A stretch of DNA of 64,000 bases from positions 2,002,743-2,066,742 of the forward strand of contig OZ244877.1 of assembly GCA_965221145.1 (NCBI GenBank). The letters are read 5' to 3'. This DNA comes from Caldilineaceae bacterium. GTDB lineage: Bacteria > Chloroflexota > Anaerolineae > Caldilineales > Caldilineaceae. Shown piece after piece: positions 1 through 8,818 of this stretch (its first letter is position 1; each line of letters starts with the position of its first letter). A program made the position numbers and the translations under genes. The notes beneath the pieces are model-generated. The model was not told where the DNA came from, did not search any database, and saw only the letters and a list, made by a program, of their open reading frames with translations.

Positions 1-153
1 AGCTTGGCGTGGAACTACATAATCCCTTCGAAGGTGAGGCCCAATGACGACCACGAGTCAGAGACGGCCCACGGCTCAAACCGGCGCGGCGGCGCTCTGG
101 CGGGCTACGAAGCTGAACTGTGGCGCGTGGACGACGCCTACGCAGGTGCAGAA

Positions 154-1155
154 CTACTCGCAGCTTCCACTGTCACCACTCTCGCCGGCGTCGGGTTGGT
201 CCTCGCCGAAGAGGGACATGTTGGCGGGCCGCTGCAAAATGGTGCCCATGCGTATGCGGGCGATGACGGCCAACTGGGAATTGCTGTCTGTTGCCAACTG
301 AAACGTCTTCTCAAAGAGATCGATGGCCGCACCGACGTCTCCTTCCACTTCAGCCACAGTACCCAACAGGAAGTAGCCCTGGGGATCGGATGGATCCAAG
401 GCCAGCGCCTCGTTCCCGGCTGTGCATGCCTCTTCCAGGTCGCCAACAGCCAGCCGAATGAAGCCGAGCGTCCACCAATAGTCCACCTGCTGGTTGGACG
501 GCACAAGCGCTTTGGCCTCCGCCAGCGTTTCCTGGACACTTTCACTCTGCCCCAGCTTGTCGCGAATCACCGCCTCCCAGATCAACAGTTCGACGTCCGA
601 CTGCGTGAGTTGCGCTTTGGCCTCTTCGATGACCGCCAGCGCATCCTCCCAGCGCCCCTCGAGGGACAGTTGTCGCACCGCGGTGATCGCTTCGGACGTT
701 ATAACAGCGTTGGGATCCGTCGGAATAACAAACGTGAACAGGGCCCAAACGATCGCCAGCAGTGCGACTACGGTTCCGGCGGTCATACCCAAGCGGCGAA
801 TGAAGCGGCGGCGGGCGGCGGCCACCACCGCGTCTAGGTGCCACCACAGCCCTTGCGCCGGGGGATTGGCTGCGCGCAACTTCTCCAGGCCGCCGGCCAC
901 ATCCAGAACCCGCTTGACACGGTTGGCCTCTCGCCGCAGCTTGCTGTGCAGACTGCCCCAGCGCGTCTGCTCCGGCAGCAGGTCCAGACCGCTGGACTCC
1001 AACTGTGTGAAACGCTCGTCGATGCTGTCCAAGAGTTGCAGGAACGATTCAACGTTGTCCCGCCGCAACTGGATGATTACGCGCTCCGCCTCGGCGAGGT
1101 CTTCCCGCAGACTGGTGGCAAGGCTCTGCCGCTCCTCCCGCACTGAGTAGGCCAT
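154..1155 (-). CDS. TPR-repeat protein with one hydrophobic (membrane-anchor-like) segment
   Basis: 333-aa ORF. ATG at 1155 preceded by a GGGAGA RBS. Hydrophobic stretch AGTVVALLAIVWALFTFVI, then TPR-like helical repeats (e.g. EEACTAGNEALALDPSDPQGYFLLGTVAEVEGDVGAAIDLFEKTFQL). Confidence 0.55.
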   Translation of the reverse strand: MAYSVREERQSLATSLREDLAEAERVIIQLRRDNVESFLQLLDSIDERFTQLESSGLDLLPEQTRWGSLHSKLRREANRVKRVLDVAGGLEKLRAANPPAQGLWWHLDAVVAAARRRFIRRLGMTAGTVVALLAIVWALFTFVIPTDPNAVITSEAITAVRQLSLEGRWEDALAVIEEAKAQLTQSDVELLIWEAVIRDKLGQSESVQETLAEAKALVPSNQQVDYWWTLGFIRLAVGDLEEACTAGNEALALDPSDPQGYFLLGTVAEVEGDVGAAIDLFEKTFQLATDSNSQLAVIARIRMGTILQRPANMSLFGEDQPDAGESGDSGSCE

Positions 1156-1221
1156 TTCTTTTCTCCCATTACACTGTATTCATTTTCATTCGTGGCAGCA
1201 TGCCTGTCGGCACCCCCTATG

Positions 1222-1296
1222 GTGGGTCCCAATGTTTGGACCACAAAACGGGGAAAATAAGGTGCATCAAGATGGATGCGACAGGCTCTGATCAGA
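1222..1296 (-). mobile_element. Solo copy of an IS terminal segment (no transposase attached)
   Basis: 75 bp, ungapped, 67/75 identical by hand count to 16672-16746, which lies immediately 3' of the decayed IS3-family transposase. Contains the imperfect palindrome GTGGGTCCCAATGTTTGGACCAC. Confidence 0.5.
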
Positions 1297-1840
1297 TCGG
1301 CCAGGCCTCGAGCCCGTGTGTGATTCAGAGAGAGGGTACACCGCGCAAGATGTCCTGGTTGTCGCCTGTCCACATGATGAACAAGTTGCGTTTCATGTGT
1401 GCTTTCTCCGTAGTGTGCTATCGATCCGTCCCAAATTGTAAGGTCTTATGATACCTGACCCACCGAATAAATCACTTAGAACGCCTCTCAGAGCCTCGGT
1501 ATTCCGCCCGCAAGCCCAGAATACTAGAAAACGGCCAGACTCGGCTAATTTCGCCCTGTACAACCTCAAAGGGTTCTAACCCCCCTGGGAAACCAGGAAG
1601 CGCCGCCCTCCTGCATTGTGCCCTCACTTAGCCCGCTACTGACCTGATATGTGGTGGTCAGTGCCGAGAGTTCTCGTCCCACAGGCGCCAGCCAGGCTGA
1701 AAGGGCAAAGCCGAGTCAGGGGTTGTACTACGTAGCCCCGACCATCCGTTGCGCAAAAGGAGTTGCATGCTAAGTACTAGCTAACTATAATGATAAAGAC
1801 CAACCGGCTTTTACCCTTGGCGTTGATATGGAGGCTAGGC

Positions 1841-2245
1841 ATGGCAATGGACAAAGAGCAGCAGTACCGGCAAATGGCGGTGAGGGGAAAGTACCAGAGG
1901 CTATACAGCCACCTGTGCGGACTTGCAACGCGGGAGTGGAGAACCAGCTTCAGCGAGATCGAGTCCATCATCGGCTTCGGATTGCCCGCGTCGGCGCGTC
2001 TTCACCGACCCTGGTGGTCCAACCAGACCGGGGGCAACGGCCACAGCCAGGCGTTGGCCTGGGGCGCCGCCGGATGGGAGACCGCGGAGGTGGACATGGA
2101 TGCCGAGACGTTGCTGCTCCGGCGCAAACCAGCGGTTGTCGCCCGCAGACTTTCCCTGGACGAAGCGTGGCCCGTACATTCCGCTGGAGCCTGGCCGGAA
2201 GATCTCAGTCTCAGGCGCGTGGACATCTACGAGGAGAGGACTTAG
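1841..2245 (+). CDS. Putative antitoxin partner of the downstream PIN toxin
   Basis: ATG at 1841 (MAMDKEQQ...) 6 nt after GGAGG; the track ORF from 1790 is probably over-extended. The stop lies 8 nt before the PIN gene start. Motif FSEIESIIGFGLPASARLHRPWWSN recalls a widespread small helical domain. Family call is uncertain. Confidence 0.5.
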   Translation: MAMDKEQQYRQMAVRGKYQRLYSHLCGLATREWRTSFSEIESIIGFGLPASARLHRPWWSNQTGGNGHSQALAWGAAGWETAEVDMDAETLLLRRKPAVVARRLSLDEAWPVHSAGAWPEDLSLRRVDIYEERT

Positions 2246-2253
2246 CCGGCCCT

Positions 2254-2676
2254 ATGTTTGTGGACACCAACGTGCTGGTAAAGGCCCGAATCCTGGAGGC
2301 CCCGGACCACGAAACAGCCAGGGCCAGCCTGGAGAGCGCCCTTGAGAAGCCTGAACCGCTTCGCATCAGCCGCCAAGTCTTGCGGGAGTACCTGGCAGTC
2401 GTCACCCGTCCACAGATCTGGCCGGTGGCCATTGCCCGCGCGGACGCCCTCGACGATGTGGAGCGACTCGCCGCCACCTTCGAGGTGTTGGAGGACGGGC
2501 CCGTGGTAACGGACTGGCTGGTGTCGCTGTGCCGTCAGGTCCCCGTCGGCGGAAGGCAGATTCACGACGCCAACATCGTCGCCACCATGCTGGCGTATGG
2601 GGAGCGCAGGCTGCTGACGTTCAACGTGGCTGACTTCCGACGCTACGCAGACCACATCGAGTTGGTCGCTGGATAA
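2254..2676 (+). CDS. vapC: PIN-domain ribonuclease toxin (VapC-like)
   Basis: 140 aa starting MFVDTNVLV (N-terminal PIN acidic residue), with later QIHDANIVATML and LLTFNVADFRRY. Bicistronic with the upstream small ORF. Confidence 0.8.
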   Translation: MFVDTNVLVKARILEAPDHETARASLESALEKPEPLRISRQVLREYLAVVTRPQIWPVAIARADALDDVERLAATFEVLEDGPVVTDWLVSLCRQVPVGGRQIHDANIVATMLAYGERRLLTFNVADFRRYADHIELVAG

Positions 2677-2709
2677 CTGAAGCCTTCCGCAACCCACAGG
2701 TATAGTCAG

Positions 2710-5700
2710 GGTCTATCCCCGCGTGTGCGGGGGAACCGACAACTGAGAGCGGCTGGTTCTGTTTCGGAATGGTCTATCCCCGCGTGTGCGGGGGAACCCG
2801 CCGCCTGGTACTGACCTGCCGGATTGTAGCCGGTCTATCCCCGCGTGTGCGGGGGAACCTCGTCCGCCCGCTGTTGCATGAACTCCTTATCGGGTCTATC
2901 CCCGCGTGTGCGGGGGAACCCCATCCTTACTGCGTCGCAATGCGGCATGAAACGGTCTATCCCCGCGTGTGCGGGGGAACCCAGCAACCAGGCCAGCGCC
3001 CGCTCATCGTCAAAGGTCTATCCCCGCGTGTGCGGGGGAACCTAGCCAACAGTTCTATTCAGATACACACCGGGAGGTCTATCCCCGCGTGTGCGGGGGA
3101 ACCCGCCGGCAGCCCGTGCAAGCCGGGCCGGGCGGAGGTCTATCCCCGCGTGTGCGGGGGAACCCCTGGCAAGCCAAAGACAACTCAACAGTGGCGAGGT
3201 CTATCCCCGCGTGTGCGGGGGAACCTCAAAAATCACCGAACGGAGCGAATGACCGCAAGGTCTATCCCCGCGTGTGCGGGGGAACCTGTGGACTCGGACG
3301 GCACAATCTACAAGCAGGCGGTCTATCCCCGCGTGTGCGGGGGAACCCAAAACTTGATTATCTGTTCAGATTGATAGTAGGGTCTATCCCCGCGTGTGCG
3401 GGGGAACCGACGGATTGAGCGCCCACAACCGCAGCCGCATAGGTCTATCCCCGCGTGTGCGGGGGAACCCGCCAGAACAGCCCCAAGACCCCCTGCAAGC
3501 GGGGTCTATCCCCGCGTGTGCGGGGGAACCGACCCATCGACCCCATCGGACGCATAGCCCTGAGGTCTATCCCCGCGTGTGCGGGGGAACCGCCGTGTGA
3601 GATCGTTGCGCCCACGTAAGTGACGGTCTATCCCCGCGTGTGCGGGGGAACCCGGCAACCAAAGTCTCTTCTTCATTGCCCATCAGGTCTATCCCCGCGT
3701 GTGCGGGGGAACCTTAGCGGCTGGACAATCGACGGCTACGGCACAAGGTCTATCCCCGCGTGTGCGGGGGAACCAGCTTATCAGGAATACTAAGGGAATA
3801 TCCCTGAGGTCTATCCCCGCGTGTGCGGGGGAACCGGCCGTCCTTGCTGTAGGTCTGCACGTCGTCGGGGTCTATCCCCGCGTGTGCGGGGGAACCCAGA
3901 GCGATGTCGTCGGCGGTGGCGTCTATGAAGGTCTATCCCCGCGTGTGCGGGGGAACCGCTCCGGTCCGGATGGCGACCCAAAGATAGCGGGGTCTATCCC
4001 CGCGTGTGCGGGGGAACCGACGAGCGCGAAGAGGTCGAAGTGATGAACGAGGGTCTATCCCCGCGTGTGCGGGGGAACCTCCGAACCCGCGGGGGTGACG
4101 TGGACAAACACTGGTCTATCCCCGCGTGTGCGGGGGAACCTCAGCGGCTGGACAATCGACGGCTACGGCACGAGGTCTATCCCCGCGTGTGCGGGGGAAC
4201 CGCCTGGGATTGGAAAGGAGGCTGGGAGAGGCGCGGTCTATCCCCGCGTGTGCGGGGGAACCTGCGTTTCCCTCGCCGCCAACGCCTGTGAGCGGGGTCT
4301 ATCCCCGCGTGTGCGGGGGAACCTTTTGCGGATCCAGCGGACGCGAGTCGATATAGGGTCTATCCCCGCGTGTGCGGGGGAACCCCGCACTTGGACGCGG
4401 AGCAATACGAAGAACAAGGTCTATCCCCGCGTGTGCGGGGGAACCCATACGCCAGTCGCCCCTCGCCGTCCTGCAAAAGGTCTATCCCCGCGTGTGCGGG
4501 GGAACCACGCGGCTGCCGGTGATCGGGTGCGGCTTGTGAGGTCTATCCCCGCGTGTGCGGGGGAACCTGGCACCTTGTGGCCTTCGAGGCCATCGGCGAC
4601 GGTCTATCCCTGCGTGTGCGGGGGAACCCGTTCGGGCCACGTGGCGGCAGTGGATAGCCCCGGTCTATCCCCGCGTGTGCGGGGGAACCGAAAAATAACC
4701 AAGCAGCACAGCATATCTAATCGGTCTATCCCCGCGTGTGCGGGGGAACCGTAAACCGTCCGTGGGTCGGGCTGGTTCTTCCCGGTCTATCCCCGCGTGT
4801 GCGGGGGAACCCCGGCCTGTCTGCGGGTCGCGTCTCCGCACCTGGTCTATCCCCGCGTGTGCGGGGGAACCCGCAGCATGGCCTCGTACTCTGCTTTCGT
4901 CATCGGTCTATCCCCGCGTGTGCGGGGGAACCGCCTGGCTATCTCCGCTTTCTTCACCAGCATAGGGTCTATCCCCGCGTGTGCGGGGGAACCGGCAAGA
5001 CGCTGAAGGACGAAGAGGTACTCCACGGTCTATCCCCGCGTGTGCGGGGGAACCCCTTCCTCGATGCGGCGAATAGTCATCGGCATGGGTCTATCCCCGC
5101 GTGTGCGGGGGAACCGTGCAGAAACCAATCATGGCCTTCTAGCCCGAAGGTCTATCCCCGCGTGTGCGGGGGAACCTCGACAGCCTTCCGCGCCGATTTA
5201 GTCATGTAGGGTCTATCCCCGCGTGTGCGGGGGAACCGCCTTGACGTAACGCAGGTCAGCCGAGCGCACGGGTCTATCCCCGCGTGTGCGGGGGAACCGC
5301 TTGGCAGGCGGCGCCGATGCGGCGGGATATGGGTCTATCCCCGCGTGTGCGGGGGAACCCCGTCTATGAAGTCGTACACTGTGCCAAAGATGGGTCTATC
5401 CCCGCGTGTGCGGGGGAACCACACAATGCCTACCTGGAATAATCTGCCATCGAGGTCTATCCCCGCGTGTGCGGGGGAACCAGTAGTCGCCTATTTCGGC
5501 ACCACCTGTGCATGGGTCTATCCCCGCGTGTGCGGGGGAACCGCGGTCGAAAACTTCCTGCATCCCCCCAGGGCCGGTCTATCCCCGCGTGTGCGGGGGA
5601 ACCCTAGACACCCGCCCAGCCAGGCTAGACTGTACCGGTCTATCCCCGCGTGTGCGGGGGAACCGTACCGCTAGCGGGGGGAAGGCACCACGAGAGCGGT

Positions 5701-5908
5701 CTATCCCCGCGTGTGCGGGGGAACCTCTTTTTTGTGTCGAATATGGGACGGGAAGCAGGGTCTATCCCCGCGTGTGCGGGGGAACCAGCTACGGCATGGC
5801 CGCGGACGGGTCTGCGCTAGGTCTATCCCCGCGTGTGCGGGGGAACCTCACGCACAGGCAACCGGGATACGGCGTATTACGGTCTATCCCCGCGTGTGCG
5901 GGGGAACC
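2710..5908 (-). CRISPR. Type I-E CRISPR array, 53 repeats / 52 spacers
   Basis: The 28-nt repeat GGTCTATCCCCGCGTGTGCGGGGGAACC (+ strand) recurs every 61 bp from 2710 to 5881. One interval is 60 bp (4784 to 4844, 32-nt spacer). The reverse complement GGTTCCCCCGCACACGCGGGGATAGACC has the I-E stem-loop CCCCGC-ACAC-GCGGGG and ATAGACC handle, so the array is transcribed on the minus strand like the cas genes. One variant repeat at 4601 (CCCC to CCCT). Confidence 0.97.
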
Positions 5909-5951
5909 CCTAAGCGTTCTTTTTTTGTCGCCTTTGCTGAGGGGCTATGAC
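5909..5951 (-). promoter_or_regulatory. CRISPR leader (only 43 nt of non-coding DNA between the cas2 stop and the first repeat)
   Basis: cas2 stop TAA at 5952-5954; the leader-proximal repeat starts at 5908 on the minus strand. The minus-strand sequence contains CGACAAAAAAAGAACGCTTAGG (A-rich). Confidence 0.5.
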
Positions 5952-6239
5952 TTAATTGTACTTCACCAAGTAGATCCCGTCGGCATCGACGATCTCCTTG
6001 GGCGCCTCGCCAAGAATCCGTATGCGCTGACCGCCTACCGCTGACGGCTCGCGCCAGGTCATAACGATTGACCCTTCCTGCATGTCGCCATACCACCGCG
6101 TAAGAACTTCCCAGACTCGCCCCCTTATGCCGCTTGTCATGTTCGGCGAGGTGTATACGCCGGGCGCTATCTCCAACATGGCCGAAGCAAGAAAACCTCG
6201 ATAACGCGCTGCAACATTTGTCGTGACCACGACTGTCAT
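5952..6239 (-). CDS. cas2: CRISPR-associated endoribonuclease Cas2 (I-E type)
   Basis: 95 aa, MTVVVTTNVAARYRGFLASAMLEIAPGVYT..., co-linear with E. coli-type Cas2. ATG at 6239 with a GGAAAGAG RBS. Sits adjacent to cas1 and the array. Confidence 0.9.
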   Translation of the reverse strand: MTVVVTTNVAARYRGFLASAMLEIAPGVYTSPNMTSGIRGRVWEVLTRWYGDMQEGSIVMTWREPSAVGGQRIRILGEAPKEIVDADGIYLVKYN

Positions 6240-6249
6240 CTCTTTCCCC

Positions 6250-7170
6250 CTAGCTCTCGTCCGGCGAACCGGCTGACGAATCTTGGTCGGGATCGACGCC
6301 CTTGAATAATTTCCTGATGCGGTCGATCATCTTTGAGACCACCCGTTGCGTTCGAAGCATCTCCCCCGTGGTCTTTCTGGTATGTCGCTCGATGTCCAGA
6401 TTCGGGTCGGCCATCACAGCCTTGGCTGATTTGAACGCTGCGGGCAGCAGAACAGTGTCGCGAAAGAGGTCGGCAATGTCCAGCGCAAAGGCGTCGCCGC
6501 TATGCTCGTGTATGAAGCCCAATTGCGGAATCGCACCCACCGCCATGACCGCGATCACCGCCGCAGACGTTACCGCGACCGAAGCATGATTGATCGCCTG
6601 GTTCGGAATGTCTGCCGCCAAGGGCTTGTTGCGGTCGTAGCGGCGGCCATGCCAGACGATGCCGTACCGTTGAGCCAGGTTCTTGTAGGTCTGCCTCATG
6701 CGCGCTCCCTCCATCCCCCGCAGGATGTCGATGTCCTGGTGCGGAAAGATTTCGCCGAGACGCGCCGCGTACATCCTGCGGGCGATGGTGATGCGGCTGC
6801 CGCCGGGGTCCCCCCAAGCGCGCATCTGCCGCCGGGCGATTTCGGACGTATCCGGCATCAGCGGCGGGGCTGTGTAGCATCTGACGCCATCCTCGCCCAC
6901 CGCAACCAGCGCGGTGCCGTGACGCGCCATCAGGCGCAAGGCGTCATGGCTCACTGTCGAGCCTGGCCCCAGAAGAATCATCGAAAGTGTCTGAAACGGA
7001 ATTCCGTAACTCCCGCTTTCCAGCGGGCTTTTTGAATCGGGTGGGCTCTCGCGCTCGAAGCGCAGCGTGCCATCGCGGACCGTGAGCGCGCCGCGGGACA
7101 GCCACAGCAGGCCATGACGGTCCGCGTGCGGAATTCTTGCGGTTTCAAGCCCTAGTCTGCCTCGTAACAT
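6250..7170 (-). CDS. cas1: CRISPR-associated integrase Cas1 (I-E type)
   Basis: 306 aa, MLRGRLGLETARIPHADRHGLLWLSRGALTVRDGTL.... In the conserved position upstream of cas2. ATG at 7170 with a GGAGGG RBS. Confidence 0.9.
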   Translation of the reverse strand: MLRGRLGLETARIPHADRHGLLWLSRGALTVRDGTLRFERESPPDSKSPLESGSYGIPFQTLSMILLGPGSTVSHDALRLMARHGTALVAVGEDGVRCYTAPPLMPDTSEIARRQMRAWGDPGGSRITIARRMYAARLGEIFPHQDIDILRGMEGARMRQTYKNLAQRYGIVWHGRRYDRNKPLAADIPNQAINHASVAVTSAAVIAVMAVGAIPQLGFIHEHSGDAFALDIADLFRDTVLLPAAFKSAKAVMADPNLDIERHTRKTTGEMLRTQRVVSKMIDRIRKLFKGVDPDQDSSAGSPDES

Positions 7171-7179
7171 TTTCCCTCC

Positions 7180-7205
7180 GGTCTATCCCCGCGTGTGCGG
7201 GGAAA
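7180..7205 (-). repeat. Solitary (orphan) CRISPR repeat between cas6e and cas1
   Basis: GGTCTATCCCCGCGTGTGCGGGGAA matches array repeat positions 1-21 exactly, then diverges (one G missing, AG for CC). On the minus strand the hairpin CCCCGCACACGCGGGG and the handle ATAGACC are intact and abut the cas1 RBS: ...GGGGATAGACCGGAGGGAAAATG. Confidence 0.85.
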
Positions 7206-7267
7206 GTTATCCTGAAAGCGGATATTCGATTGTTAAGGTGCCTTTTCAAGCAGAACAATCACATCTG

Positions 7268-8053
7268 TCAGGCCGGCTTCCCCAAGGGGCGCAGCAGCAG
7301 CATGCCGTAGCCATAAGAACGATGCCGCCCCACCCCACGGCCCAATAGCCTTGTGAAATCGTCGGCATCGGTTACCGTAAGCGTTCCCCGCATAAGAGCG
7401 GTTGGCCCCTCGAACGGCCTGCGTCGCAACGCGCGCAGCGAACGGCTCCGCTGGAAGGACGCTAGGCGTGCCGCATCCAGTTCCGCCCCGCCATGGCGTT
7501 GGAACTGCTCCGCCAGCCAATCCGTATAGACCTCCTCGCGGCTGCGCGGCATCGCCCCGGGCGCATAGCGCTCCGCTTCCCGCTGGAAGGCGTCGATCTC
7601 AGCGCCCGGATTCTCGCTTCCGCGCGCGCGGCGCAAAGTGGGGCGGGTGAGAAGCTCGAACCCCAAGCGTGTACCCGCCTTCCACGTCGTCGGCATCGGC
7701 TTGCTATCCAGGCTCGCGCCGGGCAGCGCGCGAGCCTGGAGCGGGTCGGCGAACTGTGCGGCCGCTTCTCGCAAAGCGACGACGTCGACGCGGCCATAGC
7801 CGTAGAGGACGCCCCGTTGGGCGCCCTTGCTCCTGGGAAAGATCAGGCGGAAGGGCTGCGGCGCCAACTCTCCGAATACGCCAGCGAGGAAGCAGTGCAT
7901 CGCGTATCCCTCGTCGAACGCCTGCCGGCTCATCATCCGCCTCGAGCCCGCCCAACGCTGGAATTCCCGCACATCCACGCAGCCGCGGATCATCTGCAAA
8001 GGCTGCGTCGCCACAGCTTTCATTCCGACAGCTCGGGTATCTTGGGTAGTCAT
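7268..8053 (-). CDS. cas6e: CRISPR repeat endoribonuclease Cas6e (CasE/Cse3)
   Basis: Start chosen at MTTQDTR (ATG 8053, GGAGG RBS, ATGA overlap with the cas5 stop); the track ORF to 8353 is an over-extension into cas5. C-terminal GVGRHRSYGYGMLLL is typical of CasE. Position is between cas5 and cas1. Confidence 0.8.
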   Translation of the reverse strand: MTTQDTRAVGMKAVATQPLQMIRGCVDVREFQRWAGSRRMMSRQAFDEGYAMHCFLAGVFGELAPQPFRLIFPRSKGAQRGVLYGYGRVDVVALREAAAQFADPLQARALPGASLDSKPMPTTWKAGTRLGFELLTRPTLRRARGSENPGAEIDAFQREAERYAPGAMPRSREEVYTDWLAEQFQRHGGAELDAARLASFQRSRSLRALRRRPFEGPTALMRGTLTVTDADDFTRLLGRGVGRHRSYGYGMLLLRPLGKPA

Positions 8054-8817
8054 ACGGCTTGTGCCTCCATCGGTTGCGAATCTCCACGATCGGTCGCAGG
8101 GAACCGATCTGCGGGGATGGCGGACTCGCACACGCTGCGACCGCCGCCGTGCAGGCCGGATATCCAATTGCGCTGGTCGGTCAACATATAGGTGCGGTTG
8201 GGATCGACGTGCGCTGCGCCTTCGCCCGCAGGCCACAGTACGCGGATGCCCTCCGCCTGCCCATCCCATATGTGCAAGGGCGCTGCCAGCAGAGCGGCCA
8301 AGACAGTGTCGCTGTCTTGAAAGCCCCGGAATAGCGGCATGGAGGGCAGGCACGGTTTACGACCGATGAACAGGGGGCGGAAGGGCTGCTCCAGCGCCTC
8401 CGCCAATCGCTCCGTCGTCGGTTCGGTCGCGGCCGGCTGGAGGCGCAAAGCGACGGTGACGCGCATATCGGCCAGATAGTCGCGGTAGCGCAGTGTGTTG
8501 GTGTAGCTGCCGCCTTCGCGTCCATCCGCCGCGCCGCGCGTCGTCCATCCACTGTCTTTTTTGGAAATGGCGGCCGTCTGAAAGTCGGTCAGCCGTACGC
8601 CGCCGGCCGGTTCGCGGTCGATGCGGGCGGCGAAGATCAGCCGCTCTTGCAACGCCTGATGTCGGACGGCCTCAGTCCGGCGCCAGCCCAGCGCATTGGC
8701 CAGCAGACCGGTCAGCATCGAGGCGGCGGGAAACGAGCGCACGACGCCGAAGTTGTCGACCGTTTCCCCGCCGAAGGCCATCAACGGCGCTTCCAGCGTG
8801 AGTATCAGATGGCGCAT
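8050..8817 (-). CDS. cas5e: Cascade subunit Cas5e (CasD)
   Basis: Start at MRHLILTLEAPLMAFGGETVDN... (ATG 8817, 1 nt after the cas7 stop). The N-terminal LxLxAPLxSFG-like motif is typical of Cas5. Confidence 0.8.
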   Translation of the reverse strand: MRHLILTLEAPLMAFGGETVDNFGVVRSFPAASMLTGLLANALGWRRTEAVRHQALQERLIFAARIDREPAGGVRLTDFQTAAISKKDSGWTTRGAADGREGGSYTNTLRYRDYLADMRVTVALRLQPAATEPTTERLAEALEQPFRPLFIGRKPCLPSMPLFRGFQDSDTVLAALLAAPLHIWDGQAEGIRVLWPAGEGAAHVDPNRTYMLTDQRNWISGLHGGGRSVCESAIPADRFPATDRGDSQPMEAQAV

Positions 8818-8818
8818 G

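Noticed and set aside
1440-1790. ~350-nt ORF-free stretch with complementary 8-9-mers (GACTCGGCT/AGCCGAGTC, GTACAACC/GGTTGTAC), considered as a structured ncRNA
   Set aside because: The pairings are non-nested, and 8-9-bp inverted matches within 400 nt are expected by chance. No RNase P, tmRNA, SRP or 6S hallmarks were recognised.
2769-6044. About 15 plus-strand ORFs of 66-229 aa with recurring VYPRVCGGT / GLSPRVRGN / SIPACAGEP peptides
   Set aside because: They are translations of the CRISPR repeat in three frames strung across spacers. They are not genes.
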